From the human T2T-CHM13v2.0 reference genome, Homo sapiens, in NCBI RefSeq assembly GCF_009914755.1, contig NC_060927.1: 64,000 bases of DNA; one strand, written 5' to 3'. The notes beneath the pieces were generated by a model. That model was not told the DNA's origin and made no database searches. It worked only from the letters and a program-made list of their open reading frames with translations. This document shows positions 41,240-57,851 of the stretch, piece after piece; positions within the stretch are counted from its first letter, which is position 1, and every line of letters starts with the position of its first letter. The position numbers and the translations under genes were made by a program.

Positions 41240-42589
41240 CCTTCGCTAATATTAATAGATACAAAACACCAAGGAAGCTTTCCCCTGTACCAGTGCCATG
41301 TTGAGACAGAGAATATTTGGACCTCTTCCTTCGTTGAATTTATGGGAAGAATTCAGTTAATGTGAAGACAAACATAATAATTAACATGGATTTACCCAGA
41401 TGACTTCAAAACTTATCTCACCTGTTTATGACCTTTTTCATACTCTTTGATTGTTGTAATGAACCACCTGGTATTCACTCTATAAGCCCTAAATTTCTGC
41501 ACCCAGAATTCTTTCAGAACAGTTCATTTAGCTCACAGTGTCCTTCTTTCTATCATGTAGTGTTCATATTGTATTATCCTGTATGATTTGTTAAAAAACC
41601 AACTGTTTAATCAAGTCTAACTAAACTATAAATTAATTAAGGGAATAAGTTCTACTAATCACTTTTTTTCAATACTAACATAATTGTTTTACATACTGTT
41701 ACATAAATATTTAATGAAGTGATGAGTTGAAAGTGTCAATTTTTTCTTAAAGCTACAAATTTATTTCTGGACTCCATCCAAAGCACTCCCTATCTTTGAT
41801 TTTTATTCATGACTACACTAGATTTCCTATATGACTGAGTGCGTCTCATACTTGCTCTTTAGGCTGCTTCCTTGGATCACCTTTAGGTTGAGTTAGGGTT
41901 TTCTAAGTCCCCAATTTCAAATACGTGTTGTCCATGTCTGTAGGATTACTAAGCATTCCCCTATAGGATTCTGACCTGATTCTTTCATTCTAAGAGTCTG
42001 AGTTCTCTTGAATCACCAAAACTTAACTTTTAATATCATCTTTATGTCTCCTGCATATTCCTAGATTCAGATAAATGAGGTAGATTGGCCACATTTGCTA
42101 GTGAGGTCAAACAGATTATCCCATCCAGCTCCTTGAACTTAGATCCCAACTGCTTGTCATAGAAAGAAACAGACCAACACTTTCCAAAACAGAAACACAC
42201 AAAATCCTTACTTCCATCCGTTGGGGGAAATTGGATGGCTATGTTGAGACTAGAAGAGGCTATGTAACATTACCTTGCTCCCACTGGGAACAATCCTTAT
42301 TTGACCTTCATTTGTGTCATGGGCTCCCTAAAGGAGGAGCTGTGTGGCTGCCTTCCCATTGTGCAGGCTGTAGAGAAAAGCATCCTCCTTGCCACTAATG
42401 GCGTTGGGTTCAGATAATCTGGGACCAATTTTCTCCTATGCTGCTGACTTACTTTATGACTTGGGCAAGTCGCAGACTATCTCTGGTCCTCTGTGTCCAG
42501 AGAGAGTTGGATTCAACGACAGAACTGACACTATTCATGACTATTGTTTAAACATGATATAATTTAATACTATTTACCTCATCCTAGAC

Positions 42590-44400
42590 TCATTAAATAG
42601 GTAATGTACTAAGCATTATGTTCCATGTTGTGATAAAGGGGACATAATTGCTGCACTCAAGAAACTCAGTTCCTCAGAGCCCAGTGAAGAAGACAGAGAA
42701 GTAAGTAAATTATTAGTAGTACAGATATTATGGTGAGGATTATTGAGGTTTTAGTATCAGTGCCTAGAAAGACATAGCAGATGCCATGGAAAGACAAATA
42801 AAAAATAGTGAACATATTTGGGATAAGAAAATACTTGGAGAGAGATTGGCAAGTGATCTGAAATTTAAAAGACACTATCCAGATAAAGAAAGCACAGGGA
42901 CAGAATCTCAGGCAAAGGCAATAGAATATACTAAACCATGGAGGCAAGAAAATATGATACATGCAGAGAAGTAGTATATTCATTTTTAACTTTCCAACAA
43001 ATATTTATCGATCACTTATACTCCAGATACTAGTTATGCAATAATTTATAAGGCAAACAGTGTGTCATCACAGATGGTACAGCTCAGTGTTCAGAAGATA
43101 ATTGCAGCTTACAGCAATTACTGCCAGCTGTCAGTGTGAAGATTCGAGCCTGGGAAGAGATGAAGCTATGGCGGTGGAGGGACAGAAGTACAAAAACCTG
43201 ATCTGCTGTACTAAGGGACTTATATTGCATTCAGTGGGCAATAATCACAAAGCAGTAATAATTGATTATAAGCAAAGTAAAAATGTAATGAAATTATGTT
43301 TTCAAAATATCACTCTGTGGCCAAGAAAATAGCAGATTGAAAGGAGATATTACTAGAGAACTAGAAATTTATTAGGAGACGACCACAAGAATCCAAGAAG
43401 TGAATTATGGATGTTAACGTAAGATACTGAATGTAAAGTTATTTTAAAAAAAGAGAACCCAAAGGAGTTGAAAATGTCTTGTCTTTAAAGTGTCATAGAA
43501 GAGTCTGACATGGGTGGCAGATTTTATTGATTTGACTATTCAATAAACACTTATTGTTACTACTAATAATCTAATAGTACAGAGCTAATATAGATTCTAA
43601 CCATATATGAATAAAATCAACAAAAAAATTAGCCCGTATGAACCTTCTATCCAGTTTAGTGGAAACGAAACACAAACAAGATGAATAAGTAAATTATATG
43701 ATTAAGTTATAAGTATTACAGAATATAGAGAAGGAAAAGGAAGATTGCTACTGATTTGGGGAGCTAAATTTTTAATAGAGTGGTCAGGGTAAGCCTTGTT
43801 GAGAAGGTGATAATTGAGAAAAGACATGAAACAGATGAGAAAGTAAGTCATAAGCATATTTTAAAGGATATCATACGGAAGGAAGAAACTTTGCAAATGT
43901 TTTGAGGCATAGCACGTGTCTGGCACGTTGAAGTAAATAGCAGCTTGAAGGCCAGTGTGGACAAGAATCAGGGGCAATGAAGCAGAGTGAGATGAGGTGA
44001 GCCAGAGAGCAGGCAGAGGCCAGACAAAGTAGAATCTTCAAGACCATCTTGGGAAGTTTGGATTGTTTTCAGATAGGGAAGATTTTGTGCCAAAGAATGA
44101 CCCAAATATACTTAAATTCTAAAAGGAACATGACATTGGATCTGTCATAAATAAGCAAAAAACCAAGGCAAACATGTAAAAAATCCAAAGAGGCAAGAGA
44201 ATATTTCAAGGCAAGAATTGATTGTGACTTGGATATAGTGGTAGCAGTAGAGATGGTAAGAATTAGTTGTATTCTGGGTATATTTTAAAACTAAAGCAAA
44301 CAAGATTTGTAGTTACATTAGATATTCAATAATAATAATTTTGTATACTAATGTAAAGATACAGGGGAGAAATACATTTGAAATAGTAGAAAAAAAAAGA
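42590..44400 (-). mobile_element. Cluster of L2 LINE fragments (best preserved 43535-44330)
   Basis: TATTCAATAAACACTTATTG; ATAGAGTGGTCAGGGTAAGCCTTGTTGAGAAGGTGATAATTGAG; GAAGGCCAGTGTGG; GTGGTAGCAGTAGAGATGGTAAGAATTAG. Confidence 0.7.
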
Positions 44401-44656
44401 TAGTTAAGAGAATCAAGTGCACAAGAAAAGAGTGTTTCCTTAGATAGAATCAGATAAGTTTCATCTTTAGAAATGGATTAGAAGGCAGAAGCATGAATAT
44501 TGATTGCGGTAGGTAGATAGGTGGGTTCCTGTGAATCTGAGAAAGTTCTCTTTGAATGATGTCACTTTAATGAAACAGGAACAATGATTACTTGAGAGTG
44601 AAAATGCGAAATTATGTGTTGTACCTTGAGAAAAGAAGGAAAACAATGCAATAGTC

Positions 44657-45072
44657 TGTATTAGTCCATTTTCACACTGCTATGAAGAAATACCTGAGAC
44701 TGGGTAATTTATAAAGGAGAGAGGTTTAATTGAATAACAGTTCCACATGGCTGAGGAGTTCTCAGGATAATTACAATCATGGGGAAGACAAAGAAGAAGC
44801 AGGCACCTTCTTTACAGGGCACCAGGATGAAGCAAGCAGGGGAAATGTCAGCACCTTCTTCACAGGGCAGCAGTGAGTGCAAGCAGGGGAAATGCCAGAT
44901 GCTTATGAAACCATCAGATCTCGTGAGAATCACTCACTATCATAAGAACTGCATGGTGGAAACCACCCCTATGATCCAATTGCCTCCACTCGGTCCCGCC
45001 CCTGCCATGTGGTGATTATGGGGATTATAATTCAAAATGAGGTTTGGGTGGAGACACAACCAAACCATATCA
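44657..45072 (-). mobile_element. THE1D-like MaLR solo LTR with internal 48-bp duplication
   Basis: TGTATTAGTCCATTTTCACACTGCT...AAACCATCAGATCTCGTGAG...CCAAACCATATCA. Confidence 0.92.
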
Positions 45073-45084
45073 CACTATTTGCAG

Positions 45085-45662
45085 TTTATACTATGGGGTT
45101 CATTGTCACGTGCAAAGAAAATTTAGGATACGGACACACACAAGGAGTCTAAAAGTGGAAGTTTAATAGGCAGAAAAGAATAGAAAGAGAAATACCTTTC
45201 TCTATAGAGAAAGGAGTCTCCAAGCAGAAAGGACTGGCTGGTGGCAAATGCGCTGGATTTTATAATCCAGTTTGAGGAGGCAGTGTCTGATTTACACAGG
45301 ACTTATAGATTGGCTTGATCAGGAATGTCCTTTACATAGTGCTCAGGGAAGGCTTGTCATCCCCCCCAATCTTATCATCCAAATGGACTTTCCAGTTGAT
45401 GGGTGCCATCTTGTCTGCTTCTTACTGTAGATGTTGCTGGCAGAAAGGGGAAGATGGAGTTGCCATCTTGAACATGTCTAATTCCTAGTTCCTGCCAGCA
45501 TTCACCAGTTCAAGCTCCCAGCTTGCTTGTCTATATTTGCAGATCAACTTTGCAGGTTGTTCTTTGTTAGGTAATGATTTGGATCTGCTTTTCAGAAAAG
45601 CCATACTGAGGACTTCCATACCCTTACTATCTGCCTAAGTAATTTCTTCTTAACTCCTGTAA
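45085..45662 (-). mobile_element. LTR9-family-like ERV1 LTR
   Basis: GCCATCTTGAACATGTCTA, CAAGCTCCCAGCTTGCTTGTCTAT, ACTATCTGCCTAAGTAATTTCTTCTTAACTCCTGTA. Confidence 0.8.
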
Positions 45663-46099
45663 CCTGTTCACAATAGCAAAGACTTGGAACCAACCCAAAT
45701 GCCCGTCAATGATAGACTGGATAAAGAAAATGTGGCTCATATACACCATGAAATGCTATGCAGCTATAAAAAAGGATGAGTTCATGTCTTTTGAAGGGAC
45801 ATGGATGAAGCTGGAAACCATCATTCTCAGAAAACTAACACAGGAACAGAAAACAAAACACTGCATGTTCTCACTCATAAGTGGGAGTTGAACAATGAGA
45901 ACACAGGGAGGAGAACATCACACACTGGGGCCTGTCAGGTCATGGGGGACTAAAGGAGGGATAACATTAGGAGAAATACCTAATGAAGATGACGGGTTGA
46001 TGGGTGCAGCAAACCACCATGGCACGTGTATAACTATGTAACAAACCTACACATTCTGCACATGTACCCCAAAACTTAAAGTATAATAATAATAATAAA
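45663..46099 (+). mobile_element. L1PA7-like 3' end, 5'-truncated
   Basis: TTCACAATAGCAAAGACTTGGAACCAACCC...GACGGGTTGATGGGTGCAGCAAACCACCATGGC...(AAT)n tail; ORF2 C-terminus MIDWIKKMW...HCMFSLISGS. Confidence 0.95.
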
Positions 46100-47773
46100 A
46101 CATAGTTTCAAGACTTCAGAATTTGAACTGCATGTTTTGGTTCACATATCTATTCTCTCTCCATAATATTTCTATGTCTCGTGAATCCTACAAAATCAGT
46201 CCTACCATGACTTCTGAAAATATATTTATTTCTTATTTAAATACAAACAATAGGATTTATGCTACAACCATTATAGAGACTATTAATATGGTAAATGCCC
46301 GTGCTTTGTTGTCTACAAAAAAATGTGTTTTGCCATGGTCATGCTATATAAGTATGGCTGTAGAGATGATTTACGTTAAGATATTCTACCTAAATTTGCT
46401 GGTTGACATGAAAGGTTTTGCCTAATAACCAAATTGAAAATGCCAATAATGATTTTCAATAGATGTGAGAATATAAAGACTAAACAAATTCAACGTGGGC
46501 CAGATTTCCCCTGGGTGTTATTAACGCATAGATCAGCAGCTGAAGATAGATAGAGGCCAGGCACAAGGCAGCAAATCAGTGTCATCCTAAGCATTGAAAT
46601 GAACTCTAAAAGAAAAGCAAGGCAGTAAATTGTGACATTATCCCCTGGGTATTTAGTATATATGCAACTACATGCTCCAGAACTATATCACATCTGTATC
46701 AAGAACAGCCCTATGCTTGTGAAATCATGTATGACAAATTAGTATTTAGGAGTGGTATGAAATATTTTTCCAATCAACACTTCCTTAACTATCATTTCAG
46801 TGTACATTCTTCACAGTGAACATTTTACCTTAGCTTATAAAACAAGATAATTTTATTAAAATTTATTGCTGAGACAAATCACAAAAACACTTTTATTAAA
46901 AAAAAACAGATGTATAGATGCTGCAGAGGCTGATGATAATACTACTTAAAACTGATGGTTCCTTTTTCTTTCCTCGTTGCACACATCACTAAGGCAATCT
47001 TATGAACGTCAGCATTATTCTTCAAGGTTTATCACCATTCTCATAGGTCAATTTAGGTTTCCTGGAAATATATTAACTTTGTAATTCAATTAATATGAAA
47101 ATCCGTAGCAAACTATTTGATTAAAATGTGTCCTACACTTCCCATATGTGTATATTTTCTTTCTTTGAATCCCTTGAAGGAAGATTAATCTTAGAAACTT
47201 TCAAATTACTTTTAGTTTTTGAATTTTCAGTTTTTTCAAACAATTAACAAATTGGAGAAGAAAGCAGCAACATAAAGTAGTTCCTTGTTAACACATATGT
47301 TATGTTGTTAACACATATTTAGAGATCATTTGAAATTTAGGTGCCCGTTTATGGTCACGAAAATTATCTCTGAACATCTGTGTTCCACACACTCAGAGAC
47401 AGTGAACATGGCAGTTTCACCTGGCTGGGGTATAGATCTTATCAATACTCTCTCAATTGAATGGCCTTTGGTGCTAGTAATGGGTTTCCAATTTGTAAAA
47501 CCCTTTGCAGATATCAGGGCTTACAGAGGAATGAAAGAGTGAAATGCAAGTAAAGAAGCAAAATATTAGTGAGAGAGAGAACATATTGTGAACATTTAGT
47601 TCCATATTTATATTTTATTTTATACCATTTTTCTATTTCATAAGATAGCCACACATGGCCTCACTCAAGGAGGAAAAGTGATGGTTTTTTGTTCTCCTTA
47701 CTCAATTAGGACAAACATTCGAGCAGTTTATGTTCGTGAGTCAACTGTGCCAGAATCACCAGGAATACTTGTT

Positions 47774-47890
47774 TAGGATGACCGTATAATGCATCTTCCA
47801 ATCCAATACCCTTTTGAGAGAGAAACAGGAGGCTTTGATAATTAAGCCAGGAGAACAAGCTCAAGACAATTATGCTTTATTGTCACCTTA
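47774..47890. mobile_element. MER94-like hAT-Blackjack element inside a MER5-like remnant
   Basis: TIRs TAGGATGACC / TGTCACCTTA; flanks CAGAATCACCAGGAATACTTGTT and AAAATGCAGATT join as MER5. Confidence 0.65.
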
Positions 47891-48653
47891 GCTAAAATGC
47901 AGATTACTCATTCCCATTCTAGATCAAATAAATAAAAACAAATGCTTGGTTTAAAAGAGTGGAAAGAATTTGATATTTTCGGTATTCTTTCATAAAAGGG
48001 AGATAATCTGAAGAGGAGAAGAAATAATGTGAAGGAGAATTTCAAAATTATAGCAAGAGGCTAGGGGCCCTGGGGTGCCGCCCACATGGTAGGACACGCC
48101 TGACAATTTTTTGCACAGTGATATCTACTGTTACAATTTAAATTATTTCCAGTACTAACTGTAATATGTATTTCTCTTCTTTGCATCCAAATATGAATTA
48201 AAACGTTTTTCCAATAGTACTTTAAGATTAAGTAATATATTTTAGAGAAGTGGTACTTTAAGATAAAGAGAAAATAGGGGTAGAATCCAAAATTCAGGAA
48301 AATGGCAAAGAAAAAAATAACCTTTTTGAGACCAGATGCACAGTGGAAACTAAGAATGCAAAGGAAACAGGCCATTTGAACAATATATGTGCTCAAGAGA
48401 AATATACAACTCCTCAGTATCATCAACAGCATGGTGGGGGCAAGTGAGTTTCTTATAGTATATGGAGTGGGAACCATTATAATAAAGGTCCACTCAAGTC
48501 TCAGGGACTTTGGTAACTTGAGTCACTTGAGTAACACTGATAATGTGAAGAACATGCTCATGCATAAAACTTTTTTGTGTGATTTTATGAAGGTAAATCT
48601 ATTAATGGTGAGAGAGATAGCTTAGAGCAACAGAGATTAGGAAGAATAGTTGG

Positions 48654-49500
48654 TGTGATATTGTGAAATATATATTTGGTCCTCATCTTCTTGTGTACAA
48701 CTTCTGAAATCTCTAGAATCTTCAAAGTGATAAATGTCATTTGTATGCTAATGAGATGATTAATGGCTGGCAGTCCCTAGACAGCTTTGGGATGGGAGCT
48801 GGCCACCAGAAAAACCAAGGTGGGATTAGAGGGTTGGAACTTTCAGCCCCACACCCCAACCATCGGGGAGGGGACATGGGGATGCTGAAGGATATGTTGA
48901 TCACCAATGGCCAGTGATTTAATAAATTATGCCTATGCAATGTAGCTTCCATTGAAAACCCAAAAGGATTCGGTTTGGGGAATTTCAAGATAGCTGAACA
49001 TGTGGACGTTCCTAAAGGGTGGCACACAAGGAGAAGTATGGAATCTCCAAACTCCTTCCCCCATACCTTTTTGTATGCATCTCTTCATCTACATCTTCTG
49101 TAATATTCTTTACAATAAACCTGTAAAAATAAGTAAGTGTTTCCCTGAGTTCTGTGAGCCACTCTTGCAAATTAATCGAACCTAAGGAAGGAACTTTGGG
49201 AACCTGGATTTACAGCCAGCCTGTCAGATGCACAGGTAAAGCAACCTGGGGCTTGTGATTGACATCAGAAGTGAGGGGTAGTCTTTGGGGCTGAGCCCTC
49301 AACCTGTAGGATCTGAACCTATGCCCAGGTAGATAGTGTCAGAATTGAATTGAACTGAACTGGAGGAAACCCAGCTGGTATCTGTTGCAGAACGGATTGT
49401 TAGCTTAAGGCGTGGGAGTAAACCTCTGCACAACTGGTGTCAGAAGCAGGTTGTGAAAGTATAGTAGGAGAAACTGAGTTTGTTTTTCTCTACTCTGTCA
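48654..49500 (+). mobile_element. MER21B-like ERVL solo LTR
   Basis: TGTGATATTGTGAAATATATATTTGGTC, GATTAGAGGGTTGGAACTTTCAGCCCCAC, GTGTTTCCCTGAGTTCTGTGAGCCACTC, GGTAGATAGTGTCAGAATTGAATTG. Confidence 0.9.
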
Positions 49501-49724
49501 GCAACTGCAGAAATATGAATGAATGGAAATAATTTGCTGGGAGAGTATGACCAGAATTTATAGTAGAAATAGAAGAACTTTCACTTAAAGATTGATATAA
49601 CCATCTCTACAAAATTCAAATAAAGTTATAGTACGTGAAAACTAATTAACTATGTATTAGAGAGCATAGAAGGAGTCAAATAACTATATTTTTTAGATTT
49701 AAATAAACATACTCATAACAGTTT

Positions 49725-49915
49725 AGGCGATAGGCAAAGATATCTAATCTCTCTGTGCCTCACTTTTCATATCAGTAATATAGCTATTTAGTACCTATAA
49801 ATTTTTTGTAACAGTACCTGCCTCATAGGTCATTGTGTTAATCATATATCTATATCATATATACATATACACACACATATATATTCAATATAATACCAAG
49901 CTAAATAAGTACTGC
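49725..49915 (+). mobile_element. MIR SINE
   Basis: TAATCTCTCTGTGCCTCACTTTTCATATC and TAACAGTACCTGCCTCATAGG. Confidence 0.65.
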
Positions 49916-50402
49916 CTGACTGGCTGTGAATTTATGGTTGTTTTGTTGTTATTATTATAAAATGATGCTTTTTCTTAAACATAACAGGGCCTCACAAAGG
50001 TGAATTATACTAATTACGTACATTTGTCCAGCCCTTAATATGTGCCAAGCCCTACCTCAACATTCTGTAACCATTACCTTGGTAAAGTGTGTTCAGTTCA
50101 CCTGTGACCCCAACTAATTATTTTGGAAATCAGTAAATGCCTTCTATCATAAAGAGGCCTGGGTACACATGAATAGATGAAAACATATCCATCTGATTTC
50201 CTTGAAAAAACAGCTACAACACATAGGGCTCCTGATAGTGCAGCAGAGGCATTTCCTAAAAGAAGCACTGTGCTTGGTGGACTAAACTGCTTTACAAAGA
50301 GCAATGCATTTCCAATAACTCAACCTCAGATATGTCTCTCGTCAGTCATCTGTCTCTTTTTGTTATTTTTTTGTGTGTGATTCTGAATTCTTTTTTCTTT
50401 CT

Positions 50403-50407
<5 letters not shown>

Positions 50408-50437
<30 letters not shown>
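50408..50437 (+). repeat. (AC)n microsatellite
   Basis: About 15 perfect units. Confidence 0.97.
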
Positions 50438-50442
<5 letters not shown>

Positions 50443-53400
50443 ATGCCTACAGCAAACATTTTCCTCACGTAGGAAACCTAGCTTTAATCCCAAGGCTCTC
50501 TCAAGATACACGAGTTCTCTTAAAGTTCTAAAACACAGTAATGTCCAGCATTTGATTGTCTGAATCACCCTTATTATCCAAGGTGTAATCTTATAAGGTA
50601 ATTGTAATAATAAAATCCTACACCATTCTAAATCATAGTTTGCCATGTGCCATTGGAAATAATAAACAAAATGGGATACTTATTATTTCCTAAATGACTC
50701 ATTGGTTCAATGTTTTTAGACCACAAAAAAAGACTGGCATAAAACTGTTTAACTGTGATGCCAAATGTAAATGACTATGACAACACCCACTGGTGACAAA
50801 TGATACTGTCAATGCAATCCATGATAATTACTTTTGTATCTATGAATGTATATAAGTTGATATTGACCTGACTTGAATACAAAAACCCCTTCTGCATTCT
50901 TCAGCTATAGTGGGAAGCAAGGTACATGAGCTACAAGAATTTGTTGATCCAAACTATGTTTTGAAATAATTACTTCAGATTTTATTGACCCCAGCCATTA
51001 CTCAGTGTTCACACTATGACTCCAGCTGAAGCTTCTTCTTAGAATTCTCAGTGAGGCCTCATTATTAAAACATGGCTTTAAGTTTCTTATCTTACAGGGT
51101 GATGCTATGAATGGCATTAGTATAACAGATTAAGGAGGGCATGTCTTATAAAAGCAAGTCACTAACCTTTCATGTCTACTTCTGCACTTTGTGTGCTACA
51201 ATGCTCCCTAGATATTAAAAAACAGTGAATCAAATGGGGCTGTTCACTGCGAGGAAAGATCAATTTTTTTTTTTAGCAGATTCCCACAGATAGCCAAAGA
51301 AACTCACTCAATACATTTGTATATGAAGCTCTTAAATATCAATACGAATTGTATGTATCCAAAGGGGAGCCTAAATCAAGAAAAACATTAAGCAATGCTG
51401 ACATTTAGGAGTTTTCCTGATAGCCATGATGAATAGAATTAGTATGTTACAAAATCAGTCACAAAGAAAGCCTAAATTTAGACTTTCTAAATTTTAAAAA
51501 AATTACTGGAATAATTAAAAATGCTAATATCCTTCTTAGATGTTACATAAAGTGTACCCCACTAGCAACACCACCATCAAAAACCAAAAGACCTTTAAAA
51601 TTTTCAAACACTTCCTCAGGTAGCAAATTATAGAAATGTTGTTATGATTTTCAAAAAGAACTAGGAATTCTTTTTGAGTTTGAGTTTAACATTGTGGATT
51701 GCTTCCTTTTATTTGAATATTTTCAATATGCCCATTTCATTATATCATATTCTTCTGAGAACAGATAATATTAAATCCTCTAATTCAGAGAGGGACTAAA
51801 ATTCTATTCTTAGTCTCCATTATAAAAGTGAAAACTTCTATAAATCTGTTGGATCTAGGACCTTAAAATTAAATATTTTACTTTACATTTCAGATGTTAA
51901 TGATTACTTTCATAGAATTAATGTAATGTTTTTATTAGCAACTTGAAATTATGTGACTGTTTCAAAAGCTCTTACATCATATTACAATTTTTATATATCT
52001 ATAAAATCTTTTAGTAGTCAATTCAACAACCATTATGATGAAGCATACTGTATTTGCTACATTAAATCAACCTCTACTTTTAGAGAGGGTCATTCTCTAT
52101 TCTTGAATGGTTCTTCCTAGTACACGCATACCTCATTTTATTACATTTCAATTTATTATGCTTTGAAAATATTGCATTTTTTACAAATTGAAGGTCTGTG
52201 GCATCCCCGTGTCGAGAAAGTCTATGAGCACCACTTTTCAACAGCGTGTACTCACTTCATGTCTCCGTATCACATTTTAGTAATTCTCACAAATTTTTAA
52301 AATGTTTTCATTATTATTATGTGTGTTATACTGATTTGTGATCAGTGATCTTTTTCTACTATTGTAAATGTTTTGGGTTCCCCATGAACCACCTCTATAT
52401 TAAGATGGCAAACATAATCAATAAACGTTGTGCGTGTTCTGACTACTCTGCCAACCAGTTCTTCTCTCAACGCTCTCCTACTCCTTGGCCCTCATTATTT
52501 CCTGACACAAAACTATATTGAAATTAGGACAATTAATAACATTACAATGGTTTCTAACAGTTCAAGTGAAAGGAAGAATTGCACATCCTTTACTTTAAAT
52601 CAAAAGCTAAAAAAGATGAAGGTTAGTGAGGAAGTCATGTCATAAGTCAAGATAGGGTGAAAGCTAGGCTTTCAATGCCAGTGAGCCAAATTATGAATGC
52701 AAAGGAAAATTTCTTGAAGGAAATTAAAAGTGCTACTCCAATAAACACATGAATGATAAGAAAGCAAAACAGCCTTATTGTTGATGTAAAGTTTTAGTGG
52801 ACCGGATAGAAAATCATACCAGCCACAACATTCCCTTAAGCCAAAGCCTAATCCAGAGCAAGTCGTTAAATCTCTTCAATTCTATGAAGACTGAGAGAGA
52901 CGAAGAAGCTGTAGGAGAAAAGATTGAAGCTAGCAGAGATTGGTTCATGAGATTTAAGGGAAAAAGCTTTCTCCATAGCATAAAATTGCAAGAGAAGCAG
53001 AAAGTGCTGATGGAGAAACTATAGCAACTTATCCCGAGGACCTAACTAACATAATTGATGAAAGTGGCTACACTAAACAACAGATTTTTCAGTGTAGAAG
53101 AAACCACCTTCTTTTAGAAGAATGTCATCTAGGGCCTTCATAACTAAGGAGGAGAAATCACTGCCTGGCTTCAAAGCTTCAAAGGGAAGTCTGACTCTCT
53201 TGTTAGAGGCCAATGCAGCGGATGACTTTAAGGTGAAGTCAATGTTCATTTACTATTCTGACAATCCTAGGCCCTTAAGAACAATGCTAAATCTACTCTG
53301 CATGTGCTCTACAAATGAAACAAAGCCTGGATGACAATACATCTGTTTACAGCATGGTTTACTGAATATTTAAGCCCACTGTTGAGACCTAGTGCTTAGA

Positions 53401-54024
53401 AAAGAATTCCTTCAAACAATTACTTTTCATTTACAATTCACCTGTTCACCAAGAGCTCTGCTGGAGATGTATAAGGAGACTACTGTTTTCACGACTCCTA
53501 ACACAGCATCAATTCTGCAGCCCATGAGTCAAGAAATAATTTGACTTTCAGGTCTTATTATTTAAGAAATATATTTTGTAAGGCTACAGCTGCCACAAAT
53601 AGTGATCACAGTGATTCCTCTGAGGGATCTGAAAAATCACTTAAATCTACAAAGTAAATTGGAAATCTTCTGGAAAGGATTCATTCTCCTAGATGCTTAA
53701 AAACATTTGTGATTCATGTAAGAAGGACAAATATAAACATTAACAGGAGCTTAGAATAAGAGGATTCCAAACCTCATGGTTGACTTTGAGAGGTTCAAGA
53801 CTTGAACTGAGAAAGTAACTACAGATCTGGTAAAAATGTCAAGGGAACTAGAATTAGAAGTGGAATCTGAAGATGTGACTGAACTTCTAAATCCCTGTGG
53901 TAAAACTTGAACAGATGAGTTGCATCTTACGAATAACCTAAAGAAGTGGTTTCTTCAGAGATGAAATTTATTCCTAGGGAAGATGCTATGAACATTATCA
54001 AAATTACAACAAAAATTACATAAC

Positions 54025-57851
<3,827 letters not shown>

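Noticed and set aside
48055-48110. Short GC-rich patch (CTAGGGGCCCTGGGGTGCCGCCCAC) and the 138-aa minus-strand ORF ending there
   Set aside because: Too short to assign; the ORF is low-complexity and hydrophobic with no recognisable family.
52430-53334. Transposase-like ORFs as a domesticated TIGD gene
   Set aside because: Multiple stops and frameshifts; an ordinary decayed Tigger1.
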